Part shown: piece after piece, positions 52,353 to 62,936 of the stretch
Position numbering within the stretch: position 1 is the first letter of the stretch
Layout of the letters: every line of letters begins with the position of its first letter
Origin: an uncultured Verrucomicrobiae bacterium
Lineage (GTDB): Bacteria > Verrucomicrobiota > Verrucomicrobiia > Chthoniobacterales > Chthoniobacteraceae
Direction: 5' to 3'
DNA: 64,000 nucleotides
Assembly: GCA_963769025.1 (NCBI GenBank)
Contig: CAVYKI010000006.1
Coordinates: forward strand, 544,001-608,000
Translations under genes and position numbers: made by a program
The notes under the pieces: model-generated
Told to the model about the DNA's origin: nothing
Databases searched by the model: none
The model's input: only the letters and a program-made list of their open reading frames with translations

Positions 52353-53358
52353 ATGAAAACCGCCTATTGGGATTCCGGCCTCAAATGGGATGACCCGAAC
52401 CTCCGCTGGGGCGACCCCGCGTACCTGCTCGAGCCGGGCGATCCCGGCTTCGTGAATGACCCGAATTCCGCTTCCTACGAACCACCAAAGACCAAGACCA
52501 AAAAACGCAAGTATATGGCATCCAACCCCACTCCAGACGCCATCGGCGAACTCATCGCTTCCGGCGAAGACCTCTGCGACGGCCTGAACCAGCGGCATCT
52601 CGCGGAAAATTGCCCCGTTTTCGCCTCCGCGCCTCGGGCCGCGCCTGAAATGCCTCAGCAATGCGAAGGGCTTCATCGCCCGCGCCATCAAGGTGCTCTC
52701 CATCGCGCTCGGCAATGCATGGAGCGACGCGTGGAGCGCGACCGGCCTGCCGGACAATACCGTGGGCGTCCCGCGCACGCAGGACGTGCGCTTTGCCGCC
52801 CTAGGCGGGCTGAACGCATATTTCACTGCGAACCCGGCAAAGGAAAACGCCCCGCTGAACGTCACCGCCGCCATCGTCGGGACGCTCTATCAGGCGCTCT
52901 CCGACGCCCGCACCGCCGTGGGCAATGCGCTCACGCTCACCAAGAACAAGGTCATGGCCCGCGACGCTGCGAAAGTCACCTTCCGCGACCGCTATCGCGC
53001 CACCATCGGCGAACTCGAACAGCTCCTCTCCGACGACGACGCGAAGTGGTATGACTTCGGCCTGAGCCGCCCGAGCGACCCCGCGCAGCCCGGCCAGCCC
53101 TCCAATGTCCACGCCACCCCGCTCGGCGCAGGCCGCGTGCTCGTGCAGATCGACGGCGCACGGCGGGCGAATTCATTCAACTACTACAAAAAGGTCACCG
53201 GCACCGACGCGAAGCCCGTGAAGGTGATCAATACCGAAGGCACGCAGCACACCATCGAGGGCCTGCCCGCCGGCGCGACGGTGGAAATCACCGTCACCGG
53301 CGTGAACGACGCCGGCGAAGGGCAGGCGAGCGACCCGGTGAGCGTGGTGGTGACATAA
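52353..53358 (+). CDS. Helical-domain plus C-terminal fibronectin type III-like protein, interrupted by a frame change at about 52590-52657
   Basis: N part MKTAYWDSG.../MASNPTPD...DGLNQ; C part SNAKGFIARAIK...WYDFGL...PGQPSNV...TIEGLPAGATVEITVTGVNDAGEGQASDPVSV (FN3-like). Confidence 0.7.
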
Positions 53359-53413
53359 GAGTGAAAGTTCCCGCGCACCGCCCGTCATTCATTCAACCCA
53401 TCCCATCCAAACC

Positions 53414-54547
53414 ATGAACACTCCGCGCACACTCATTCTCGCGCTCTTCGCCACCTGCATCGCGGGCGCGCAGGAGAATCCCGCCCCAGCTCCCCCAGCT
53501 ACGGATGCGCCGGCGACACCGGCGCAGACGGAAATCCAAAAGTGGATCGCCACGACGGATGCGCAGTGGCAGGCGGCATATAAGCGAGAGGTCAGCGACG
53601 TGCATGAGGCGGACGTCAGAAAGTTGATGCTCCAGTTTCTTACCTCGATCGAGGCGGCCATTACCAAAGCGAGCGGTGCCGGGGATCTGGATGGCTCGGT
53701 GGCGCTTCGCAACGAGCAGAAGCGCTTTGGCGACACGAACGTATTCCTTGAACAGGACGATCCCGGCGATCATGCCTCCGTGAAGCAACTCCGGGCGGCG
53801 GCTCGCATACAAAAGGCGAAGCTTGAAAAGGACAGCACCGCCCGCACCAAGACGCTGCACGCCAAATACGATCAGCTCCTCGCGCAGGCGCAGGCACAGC
53901 TCACGCAGCGCCAGCGCTTCGACGAAGCGCTGCTGGTGAAAGCCAAGCGGGATGAAGTCGCAGCGACCTGGCTGCCGTCCGTGCCTGCCGCTGCGCCTGC
54001 TGAAGGTCCTGAAAAGCCGGCGGCTCCCATCGCGACCCCAAACTCACCGGCGGCGCCTGCCGCCGCAGGGACGGGCACGAATCTTTTCACTAACGGCAAC
54101 TTTGAGCAAGGCACTGACGGCTGGACCTTGAGTGCTCACCGAAAGAAAGGACAGATGGCTGTGGACGCGAAGGAACTCCATAAAGGGAAGCCAAGTCTGC
54201 GAGTGGAAAATGTCGAAGCCGACGACACGCAGGTGACACAGAAGGTGAGCGTCAAACCGAACACACGTTACCGGCTTGCCGGCTACATTAAGACAAAAGA
54301 CGTGGAGACGGAGAAGCGCGGCGGCAAGGATGGAGCAACGCTGGCGGTCACCGGCGGATTCGCCAAGACACCACCGGTGTTCAAAACCAAGACATGGACC
54401 CGAGTCGACATGACCTATGTCACTGGAGCCAAACAAACCGAGATCGCTGTGGGACCGCGTCTCGGCCATCATAGCGCGGTGGTTTTGGGAACGGCGTGGT
54501 TTGCAGAATTGACGCTCACGGAACTTGGCCGCAACGCCAAACAATAG
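53414..54547 (+). CDS. Secreted coiled-coil protein with a C-terminal carbohydrate-binding (CBM4/9-like) domain
   Basis: Signal peptide; helical region; NLFTNGNFEQG...QKVSVKPNTRYRLAGYIKT...GTAWFAEL. Confidence 0.75.
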   Translation: MNTPRTLILALFATCIAGAQENPAPAPPATDAPATPAQTEIQKWIATTDAQWQAAYKREVSDVHEADVRKLMLQFLTSIEAAITKASGAGDLDGSVALRNEQKRFGDTNVFLEQDDPGDHASVKQLRAAARIQKAKLEKDSTARTKTLHAKYDQLLAQAQAQLTQRQRFDEALLVKAKRDEVAATWLPSVPAAAPAEGPEKPAAPIATPNSPAAPAAAGTGTNLFTNGNFEQGTDGWTLSAHRKKGQMAVDAKELHKGKPSLRVENVEADDTQVTQKVSVKPNTRYRLAGYIKTKDVETEKRGGKDGATLAVTGGFAKTPPVFKTKTWTRVDMTYVTGAKQTEIAVGPRLGHHSAVVLGTAWFAELTLTELGRNAKQ

Positions 54548-54563
54548 CCCGGTAAGCGTGCGG

Positions 54564-54647
54564 TCAGTGGATGGCTGGGTCGCGGCGCATTTGTTCAAGC
54601 AGGATGGCTACGACATCATCGGAGTGACGACGAAGGTGTGGCCTGAG
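54564..54647 (+). pseudogene. Degenerate 5' fragment resembling mnmA (tRNA 2-thiouridylase)
   Basis: SVDGWVAAHLFKQDGYDIIGVTTKVW resembles the MnmA N-terminus GVDSSVAA.LLK.QGY.VIGVTM. Confidence 0.55.
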
Positions 54648-54692
54648 TCTCGGGCGCTTGCGGAGGGCGGGAGTTCTGGCATCTTCGCGGGC

Positions 54693-54922
54693 ATGAGCAT
54701 CACCGTCATCGTCGAGAACGACACCATCAAGCTGCCCGTGCATGTGCCGGACGGGACGCGGCTGGAGATTACGTTGCCCGGCGAAGGCGAAGCTGGAGCC
54801 ACGGGCAAGGCCGAAGAAGTCACGGCTGCACTGCTGGCAATGCAGCGCGCGGGTAAAGGGGCTGCCGTCGGACCTTGCGAGCGGAGCATGATCATTACCT
54901 GCACGGGCAGGCCAGGCGGTGA
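54693..54922 (+). CDS. Putative antitoxin (frameshifted)
   Basis: MSITVIVENDTIKLPVHVPDGTRLEI...LPSDL..EHDHYLHG; directly upstream of a PIN toxin. Confidence 0.65.
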
Positions 54923-54925
54923 GCA

Positions 54926-55335
54926 ATGGCCGTTTTTGCGGATACGTTCTTCTTCCTCGCAGCGCTCGAATCCGGGCGACGCCGCCCACGGGACGGCGAT
55001 CCGTTGGAGCCGGGAGCATGATCGCCATCCGGGTCGGACCGACGGCATGGGTGCTCACGGAAGTCGGAGACGCGGCTTGCCCGGCGACAATCGCGAGGCG
55101 CTTTCTGAGCCTGCTCGGCCTTGTCCGGAGTTCGACCGCTCTTCCGGTTTATCGGCGCGACACCGCAGGCGTTTTCGAGCGTGGCGTGGAGCTTTACCGA
55201 CGACGTCGCGACGACAAGGCGTGGTCGTTGACGGACTGCATTTCATTCGTCGTCATGGGCGATGAAGGGGCTGACCGAGGCGCTGACTGGCGACCGGCAC
55301 TTTGAGCAGGCGGCTTCAAGGCGCTGCTGATTTAG
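54926..55335 (+). pseudogene. PIN-domain (VapC-like) toxin, multiply frameshifted
   Basis: VFADTFFFLA, WVLTEVGD, WSLTDCISFVVM and ALTGDRHFEQA are spread over several frames. Confidence 0.75.
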
Positions 55336-55350
55336 CGCGGCCTGTGCCGC

Positions 55351-56261
55351 TCAGCGGGGGGCGAGCAGGGCGGCGCGCATGAGTTCGATGTCGGGCGTCG
55401 CGCTGGAACCAGATTTTGAAACTGAGCGCGCCCTGGTGCAGGAGCATCGAGAGGCCGTTTGCGCCGCGGGCGCCGGCGGTGTCGGCGGCGGCGAGGAGCG
55501 GGCGTGCGGTGGCCGACGTAGATGGTGTCGTAGATGAGGTGGTGGCTGGCGAGCAGCTTGGCGGGGACGGGGGAGGGGTCGCCGGGCTTCATGCCGAGGG
55601 AGGTGCAGTTGACGACGAGGTCGCTGCTGGCAAGGCCGGCGCGGAGGAAGATGTCGGACATGTCGCCGGATGCGACGCGGTCGAAGGGGTAGATTTCCGC
55701 GATGTCGTCGAGGATGGGCTCGAGCTTTTCGAGGCTGCGGTTGAGGAGCGTGAGGGCGGGGCAGTTTTCCTTTGCGCATTGCATCGCGATCGCGCGGCCC
55801 GCGCCGCCGCCTGCGCCGAGGATGAGGACGCGCATTTTCCCGAGCTCGACGCCGAGGGTCTCGCGCACGGCGAGCGAGAAGCCGGGGCCGTCGGTGCTGT
55901 GGCCGGTGAGGCGGCCATCCTTGCCGACGACGACGGTGTTCACTCCGCCCGCGCGGCGCGCGCCTTCGTCGGACTCGTCCACGGCGGCGAGGACGGCGGC
56001 CTTGTGCGGGATGGTGCAGTTGATGCCGATGAAGCCGGAGCGGTGAAGGAGCGAGAGCGCCCTTTTCAATTCCGGCGGGCGGACGTGCAGGCGCGTGTAA
56101 CGGGCGGGGATGCCGAGCGCGGCGAGCGCGGCATTGTGCATCTGCGGCGAGGCGGAATGCGAAACGGGATCGCCGATGACCGCGAGGCGCAGCGGCGGGT
56201 CGCACGCGGCGGTGGCCGTCTGCCAGTGCGCGAGGTCTTCGAGCGTGTAGAGCTGCTTCAC
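55351..56261 (-). CDS. aroE: Shikimate dehydrogenase (frameshift near 55500)
   Basis: GDPVSHSASP, NCTIPHK, VNTV and LGAGGGAGRA; NGLSMLLHQG in the shifted frame. Confidence 0.92.
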
Positions 56262-57592
56262 TGCGGGGCGGAAAGTTTCGCCAGCGCGCGGTCGAAACGC
56301 GCGAGCACGCGGTCGCGGCCCAGCACCTCCAGCGTGTGATAGAGGCTCGCGCCGACGCTGCGGCCGGTCGCGCCGATGCGCGCGGGATGCACGAACTCGC
56401 CGACCTTCACGCCCGCCGCGGTGGCCTGCGCCTTGAGCGTCGTTTCGAGCGCGGTCGCGGTCCATTCGCCGAGCGTCGCGTATGCAGCGGCGAGCGCGCG
56501 GAGATGATCCAGCGCGCCGGGCTTGGCGAGCACTTTCGCCACGGCCTCCGCATCGAATGGGAAATCCTCGGTGAAGAAATAGTCCATCCACGCGGGAGCG
56601 TCGCTGAGCTTCTTCAGCCGCTCACGCACAAGCGCGAGCACGGGGAGCATGTCGGCGTGCGTGCCGAATTGGATCCCCGCCTTCACCAGCCACGGCTCGA
56701 CTTGCGCGGCGAGCGCTTCGAGCGGCATTTGCAAAATGTATTGCTGGTTGATCCAGTCGCATTTCTCCAAGTCGAAGTGTGCGGCCTTGCGGTTGATGTT
56801 CGCGGGATCGAAGCGCTCGATGACTTCGCTGATGGGCATGATCTCGCGGTCGTCCTTCGGCGACCAGCCGAGCAGGCAGAGGAAATTGCGCACGGCCTCG
56901 GGCACGTAGCCGCCCTCGATGTAGCCGCCGACGGCCGCGCCCGTGTCGCGCTTGCTCATCTTGCTGCCATCCTTGTTCATGATGAGCGGGATGTGCGCGT
57001 AGCGCGGCGGCGTCGCGCCGAGCGCCTCGAAAAGCTCGAGATGCTTCGGCGTGTTCGAGAGGTGATCCTCGCCGCGGATGACGTGCGTGATCTTCATCTC
57101 GATGTCGTCCACCACATTCACGAAATGGAAAATCCACGAGCCGTCGGGGCGGCGGATCGTCATGTCGGGATGCGTCTCGGCATTCGAGAGATCGAACGGA
57201 ATCTTGCCGCACACCATGTCGTCCACCGTCTGCACTTTCCGCAGCGAGCGGAAGCGCAGCGCGCCGCCGTCCTCGTAAAGGTGGCCGCCGTCGCGCAGCT
57301 TCGCGATGTAGCTTTCGTAGATCGCATTGCGCTGACTTTGAAAATACGGGCCGTAGTCGCCGCCCACGAGCGGGCCCTCGTCCCAGTCGAGCCCGAGCCA
57401 GCGCATCCCGTCGTAGATCGCCTGCATCGCGGCCTCGGTGTTGCGCGCGGCGTCGGTGTCCTCGATGCGCAGGATGAATTTCCCGCCGGTGTGCCGCGCG
57501 TAGAGCCAGTTGAAGAGCGCCGTGCGCGCGCCGCCGACGTGAAGGTAGCCGGTGGGCGATGGTGCGAAGCGGACGCGGACTTGTTCAGACAT
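56258..57592 (-). CDS. gltX: Glutamate--tRNA ligase
   Basis: RFAPSPTGYLHVG, LRIEDTD, HVIRGEDH and KMSKR. Confidence 0.96.
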   Translation of the reverse strand: MSEQVRVRFAPSPTGYLHVGGARTALFNWLYARHTGGKFILRIEDTDAARNTEAAMQAIYDGMRWLGLDWDEGPLVGGDYGPYFQSQRNAIYESYIAKLRDGGHLYEDGGALRFRSLRKVQTVDDMVCGKIPFDLSNAETHPDMTIRRPDGSWIFHFVNVVDDIEMKITHVIRGEDHLSNTPKHLELFEALGATPPRYAHIPLIMNKDGSKMSKRDTGAAVGGYIEGGYVPEAVRNFLCLLGWSPKDDREIMPISEVIERFDPANINRKAAHFDLEKCDWINQQYILQMPLEALAAQVEPWLVKAGIQFGTHADMLPVLALVRERLKKLSDAPAWMDYFFTEDFPFDAEAVAKVLAKPGALDHLRALAAAYATLGEWTATALETTLKAQATAAGVKVGEFVHPARIGATGRSVGASLYHTLEVLGRDRVLARFDRALAKLSAPQ

Positions 57593-57640
57593 AGGGCGGC
57601 GGAGGGTGGAGAAGGTCGTCGCGTGTGGCAAGCGGAGCGC

Positions 57641-57994
57641 TCACTCAAAGTAGGTGTCTTCGTGGCTGTACGGCGGCGCGCAGCAGCAGAGGAAACGGAG
57701 CGTTTCGCCCGCGGTGATGGTGTGCCAGGCGCCGGGCGGGATGAGGATGGCGTCGCCGGGGGTGACTTCGCGGCGCTCACCGTCGATCTCCATGGTGCCG
57801 CGGCCTTCGAGGATGAAGTAAAACTCCTCGCTCACGCGGTGGTGGTGCCGCTGCGTGGCGGTGGCGGCGGGGACGGTGGCCTCGGCGAGGGATTGGTTTT
57901 GCACGGGGGCATTCGCGCGGTCGAGGATGCTGCGGATGGTGGAGCCGTCCTTGGTGGTGAAGGGGAGCTGGGTGGCGATGTGGAGGATGGTCAT
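57641..57994 (-). CDS. Cupin domain protein
   Basis: HHHRVSEEFYFILEGRG...PGDAILIPPGAWH. Confidence 0.88.
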   Translation of the reverse strand: MTILHIATQLPFTTKDGSTIRSILDRANAPVQNQSLAEATVPAATATQRHHHRVSEEFYFILEGRGTMEIDGERREVTPGDAILIPPGAWHTITAGETLRFLCCCAPPYSHEDTYFE

Positions 57995-58005
57995 GGGGCG
58001 GAGCC

Positions 58006-58047
58006 TCGAACGTCCGGCGTTGAACGTCCAACTTTCAACGTTCAACG
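58006..58047. repeat. Heptamer tandem repeat (TTSAACG-like) x6
   Basis: tcgaacg tccggcg ttgaacg tccaact ttcaacg ttcaacg, in a divergent intergenic region. Confidence 0.65.
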
Positions 58048-58105
58048 CGCCTGCCGCACTCGTCACTCGACACGCCGGAAGTGGTGCGGAATAAAACGGG
58101 CACAC

Positions 58106-58912
58106 ATGACTTCACTGCACGGATGCACTGCATTGATCACCGGGGCCTCGGCCGGGATCGGTGCCGAAATGGCGAGGCAACTCGCGCCGCACGCGCGTGC
58201 GCTCGTGCTGGTGGCAAGGCGGCGTGACCGGCTCGATGCGCTGAAGGCGGAACTGGAGCGGAGCGGGATGGAGATTCAGTGCCATGCGGTGGATCTCGCG
58301 GACGGAGAGGACGTGGATGCGCTGCTCGCTGCGTTGGCGGCGAGCGGGACGAAGGTGGATTTTCTCATCAACAACGCGGGCGTGGGGGACCATGGGAGTT
58401 TCGAGGACAGCGAGTGGGCGCGTGTGCAGGCGATGCTGGATGTGAACATCGCGGCGCTGACGCGGCTGACGCACGCGCTGCTGCCGGGGATCCTCCGGTC
58501 GGGGCGCGGGGCGATTCTGAATGTGAGTTCCATCGCGGCTTATTTTCCGATGCCCGGGATGGCGGTCTATGCGGCGAGCAAGGCGTATGTGAACAGCTTC
58601 ACCGAGGCGCTGCGTGCGGAGCTGCGGGGGACGGGCGTCGCGGTCTGCGCGTTGTGTCCGGGGCCGGTGGATACGGAGTTCGGCGGGCGTGCGATGCGGC
58701 CCGGCGAGGCGGACTCGAATCCGGCGCCGGATTTCCTGAAGCTGCCCGTGGAGCGGATTGCGCGGGAGGGATTGCGCGCGGTGGACAGGAATCGCGCGCG
58801 GGTCGTTCCGGGCGTCCTGCTTGCGGCGTCGATGTTTCTCGCGGCGATGGTGCCGATTGTCTTGTTGCGTCCGTTCCTCGGCGGACGCTCCCGCGATGGA
58901 AGTGCGAACTGA
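58106..58912 (+). CDS. Short-chain dehydrogenase/reductase
   Basis: TGASAGIG, NNAG, NVSS and YAASK. Confidence 0.92.
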   Translation: MTSLHGCTALITGASAGIGAEMARQLAPHARALVLVARRRDRLDALKAELERSGMEIQCHAVDLADGEDVDALLAALAASGTKVDFLINNAGVGDHGSFEDSEWARVQAMLDVNIAALTRLTHALLPGILRSGRGAILNVSSIAAYFPMPGMAVYAASKAYVNSFTEALRAELRGTGVAVCALCPGPVDTEFGGRAMRPGEADSNPAPDFLKLPVERIAREGLRAVDRNRARVVPGVLLAASMFLAAMVPIVLLRPFLGGRSRDGSAN

Positions 58913-58922
58913 CTTCACCACC

Positions 58923-60303
58923 ATGATGCGAAACGTTTTTTCCAATGCCCGGCGTTGTGCGCTCGCGGCGAGTCTTGCGGTGCTGGGTTTCCAAGGCTGC
59001 GAACGGAAGCCGCAGCCGGACACGACAACAGCGCGACGCCGCGGCCAAGCCCAAGCGTCCGACGCCCGCCATCACTCCTGCACCGCCGACGCCGGTGCCG
59101 CTGCCGACTCCGGAGCCGACGCCATACGTCCCGCAGAAGACTCTGAACGTGGGCAGCATTTTCAACGGGATCCATTTCAAAGACGAAGCTCGAGACCGTG
59201 ACCGGCGGAACTGCGGCCGTGGATCGGAGCAAGCCCGGAGAGCTACACGGTGGAGGTGAGCGTGAAGGTTTCCGTGCCGAAGCCGCATCGAAGCATCGAG
59301 GACCTGGCGAAGCTGAACGGGCAGATCGGCACGGTGCTGCCGGAGCTCGCGGGGATGCTTGGCACGGCGAAGGTCTCGCATGAGTTCGACGATCTGTACC
59401 GGCGGAAGGTGACCTCCATCCGGACGAATCTCGACCGGCTCGATCAGCTCGATTTCGCGGCACAATTTTTTCGACTGCGAGACGATCCTCGAACTTCAGA
59501 ATCCCAAGACGAAGCGGAAGGCCCTGCTGATCCAGGCGGACATGGATGTGGACACGGATGGGACGGACGGGGATCGCTGCCGTCGTTCGAGCCGGGTCGC
59601 GCACGTTTCAGCCGTTCACGAGCTACCGGTGGAAGAAGCGGACACCGATTCCGAGCCCGTGCATGCCGCACTGGGAAAAGCGGATCGCGGACAACGAGGT
59701 GAAAATCAAGGATCCGAAAACGTCGGCCGCAGAGCTCCAGAAGCTGAAATCCGACAACGCGCGGCTGCGGATGGAAGTGCGGGACCTGCAGGCTCACAGC
59801 TTTCTGATCGCCGCGCTGGATCCGTTCATCGTGCTGCCGACGCAGATGTTCGGCGGAACAAGAGCGGCTGTACACGCCGCGGATGGGAGATTACTGCGTG
59901 GTGCTTTTCGAGGATGTGTTTTACCCGGCGATCGTCGGCGATGCCGGGCCGACGACGAAGATGGGCGAGGCGTCGTTGCGGCTTTGCCGGAGATCAATGC
60001 GAAGGCCGACGGGAGAGTTCCGGCCGGTGAACGATTTGAAGGTCACGTATCTCGTGTTCCCGAGTTCCGTGGATAAGGACTGGGGGCCGCCGAATTTGCT
60101 GACGTGGCAGACGCGCTGCGAGGAGCTGCTCAAGGAACTCGGGGATTACAAAGGGAAGTTTTTCCTGTGGGAGCAACCGCCGCCGCCCACGCCGCCAGTC
60201 GTGCCGACCCCGGAGCCGCGCGGAGTCTGCTCCCGCATGCGACTCGGCGGACGGGGACTCCGCAGCCGGTCACGCCTCCAGCCGCGGCACCGCCAAGCCG
60301 TGA
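58923..60303 (+). CDS. Lipoprotein with a glycoside hydrolase family 75 (chitosanase-like) domain (many frameshifts; end approximate)
   Basis: Lipobox FQGC; ADMDVDTDG, PFIVLP, GDYCVV...YPAIVGDAGP..KMGEAS and VTYLVFP across frames. Confidence 0.65.
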
Positions 60304-60318
60304 TGGCGCGGTGGCGCG

Positions 60319-61712
60319 TCACTTTGCGCCCCAGCCGAAAAGCACGACCGGGATGGTCTTGATGCAGGATCCGGAGGTCGAGGAGCGGAGACCAGTTGTC
60401 GATGTATTCGAGGTCGAGCGCGACCCAGCGGTCGAAGCTGGTGACGTTGTTGCGCCCGCTGATCTGCCAGAGGCAGGTGATGCCCGGCTTCATGCTGAGC
60501 CGGCGGCGGTGGGCGGTGGCTTCGATGCGCTCGACTTCGTACATCGGGAGCGGACGCGGGCCGACGAGGCTCATGTCGCCTTTGAGGACGTTCCAGAGCT
60601 GCGGAAGCTCGTCGAGGGAGGTCTTGCGCAGGAAGCGCCCGACGGCCGTGACGCGCGGATCGTTGTCCACCTTGAAAACCGGGCCGGACATCACGTTGAA
60701 GCGCTGCAGTTCGTGGTGCTGCATCTCGGCGTCGCTGGTCATCGTGCGGAATTTGAACATCGCGAACGGACGCCCGTTTTTTCCGCCGCGATTCTGACGG
60801 AAAATCACCGGCCCGGGGGTGGTGAGCTTGATGGCGATGGCGATGAGGGCGAACAGCCACGAAAGGGCGAGCAGCAGGGCAAGCGCGACGATGCGGTCAA
60901 CGAGATGCTTGAGGAACAGGGCCCACGACACGCTGGGCGCAGTCCGGAAGACGAGCATGGGGCGGCTCCCGAAATGATCGAAGTCGGGGCGCGCGATGGC
61001 CATCTGCATGAAGTCTGCGCACAGCCAGGCTTCGACCCCCTCGGTTTCGCATGCGCTGATGTATTCCTGGAGACGGCCGAGCTCGCTGTGGTTCCCGACA
61101 AAGAGAACGCGCTCGGGAGTGTGCTTGTGGAGCGATTCGACGAAGTCGCCGGCGGTCCGTGTTGTCACGTCGAGATCGTCGGCTATCTCGATTTCCATGA
61201 CTTCCGCGGGAGTCAGCGTTTTGCGAAAAGCGAAGATGTCGCCCAAGGTGCCGACGAGGATGACACGTTCGCGGATTTCGCCGCTGATGACGCGCCGCCG
61301 GTAGCGGACGATCGTGAAGCGCTCCCGGAGCAGCAGAAAGAACGTGGCGAGGACCGCAAAGATCGGCATGACGGCGCGGCTGTCCACGGTGCGTCTCAAA
61401 AAGTACGCGCAGAGGGCGATGATGAGGCCGAGAACGATCGGCCGCGCGGCCCAGCTGGCTCAGGCTTCTGCCGACCGTCTTGCGCTCCGGATGTTCGTAA
61501 AAGCCTTGCGCGTGGAGGCATATCGGTCCGAGGGGGATGAGGACGAACAGGAGCCACTGAAACTCGGTGAACGGGGCAATGTGGACTTCAAACACGCCGA
61601 ATTCGGGCCCCATATATCGCAACCAATGGGCGGTCCAAAACGTGGCGACCAACAGAAACGCGTCAACGATCTGGAGGAATTGCAAATTGAGTTTTTGACG
61701 GCGACCAAGCAT
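60319..61712 (-). CDS. Undecaprenyl-phosphate sugar phosphotransferase (WcaJ/WbaP-like; frameshifts)
   Basis: N-terminal TMs; KFRTM, DPRVT.VGRFLRKTSLDELPQLWNVLKGDMSLVGPRP and KPGIT. Confidence 0.92.
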
Positions 61713-61767
61713 TGTCGTGACGCAGGGGGGATTTTTTATCACTATATCCATCTTTCGGGCAAACCGA

Positions 61768-62460
61768 GTGAAAAAGCTTAAAGACTTAAATTTGACCGGT
61801 CCGGTGGTCGTTGCGACGGCGCATTCGGTGTCCGGGATGAGGCTGGCGGAGAAGCTAGGAACGCGGGATGTGGACTTGCTGGAGCTTCGCGCGGATGCCC
61901 TTGAGGCGAAGATGGGAGCGGTCCGGAGATTTCTGGCAACGGTCCGGCTGCCGATCCTGCTGACGGTGCGGCATCCAGCTGAGGGCGGGATCGGGAATCT
62001 TTCGGTCGAGCGTCGGAGGGAAATCTTCCGTGAATTGCTGCCGTATGCGGCGCTGGTGGACGTGGAACTCCGTTCGGTCGCATCGATGCGGGAGGTGATT
62101 TCCGCGGCCAAAGGGCAGGGGATCGGCCTTGTCGTTTCGAGTCACGATTTTCATAGAACTCCGTCGCTGGCCGAGATGGGGAACCGGCGGGACCGGGCGT
62201 TTGCGGCGGGCGCGGACATATTCAAGGTCGCGGCGCGCGCGGATGACGCTGGTTCGGCAGCCCGGCTGCTTGATTTCGTTTCCACGGCCAAGGCGCGCCG
62301 GCTCGCTGTGATGGGAATGGGGAAACTCGGACAGGCTTCGCGGCTCGTCCTGGCCTGCGCCGGTTCGACCTTGAACTACGGCTACCTCGACAAACCGAAC
62401 GCGCCCGGGCAGTGGGAGGCGAAGGAACTGAAGACCCTGCTTTTCCGGCTCCGCCGGTGA
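61768..62460 (+). CDS. aroD: Type I 3-dehydroquinate dehydratase
   Basis: LELRAD, TVRHPAEGG, SSHDFHRTP, MGMG..G..SR and APGQ. Confidence 0.92.
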   Translation: MKKLKDLNLTGPVVVATAHSVSGMRLAEKLGTRDVDLLELRADALEAKMGAVRRFLATVRLPILLTVRHPAEGGIGNLSVERRREIFRELLPYAALVDVELRSVASMREVISAAKGQGIGLVVSSHDFHRTPSLAEMGNRRDRAFAAGADIFKVAARADDAGSAARLLDFVSTAKARRLAVMGMGKLGQASRLVLACAGSTLNYGYLDKPNAPGQWEAKELKTLLFRLRR

Positions 62461-62519
62461 AAGGTGTGGAGAGGGAAGCAGGCTCGGAAGCCTGCCGGCG
62501 GCACGGAACTTGGTGCCGG

Positions 62520-62906
62520 CTACGCGGCTTGGCCGGCCGGCACCGCGGTCTGGCTGAGGACCCTCATCAGAGCCGAGTAAATTTCCGATGGTCCAAGGCC
62601 CTTGCTGACGTAGCCGTTGGCGCCGGCCTTGCGGGCAGCCTGCATGGCCTCCTCGTCGTAACCCAGGCCGGTGAACATCACGATTGGAAGCGCCGCATGC
62701 TTCTCGCGAATCAATGCGGTGAGGGCGATGCCGTCGATTTTCGGCATGCCGATGTCGAGGATGATCGCGTCGCAGGGGTTGAGGTCGAGCCAACTGACCA
62801 CTTTGGAGCTGTCCGAGAGCGAGGAACAGGTGTGACCCTTTCCGCGAAGGAAAGTGGTCAGGAAGCGATTGAGGAGGCGATTGTCGTCAACAACGAGGAA
62901 GTTCAT
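62520..62906 (-). CDS. Single-domain response regulator
   Basis: LVVDD, ILDIGMPKIDG and AGANGYVSK. Confidence 0.9.
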   Translation of the reverse strand: MNFLVVDDNRLLNRFLTTFLRGKGHTCSSLSDSSKVVSWLDLNPCDAIILDIGMPKIDGIALTALIREKHAALPIVMFTGLGYDEEAMQAARKAGANGYVSKGLGPSEIYSALMRVLSQTAVPAGQAA

Positions 62907-62936
62907 TCGGATGGGCCTTTGTGTGGGCTTTGAATT

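Noticed and set aside
51784..52393. Cys-rich 14-aa repeat ORFs on both strands over the array
   Set aside because: Open frames on both strands follow from the palindromic GC-rich units. Codon usage is atypical and the ORFs run through the microsatellite. Not fully excluded.
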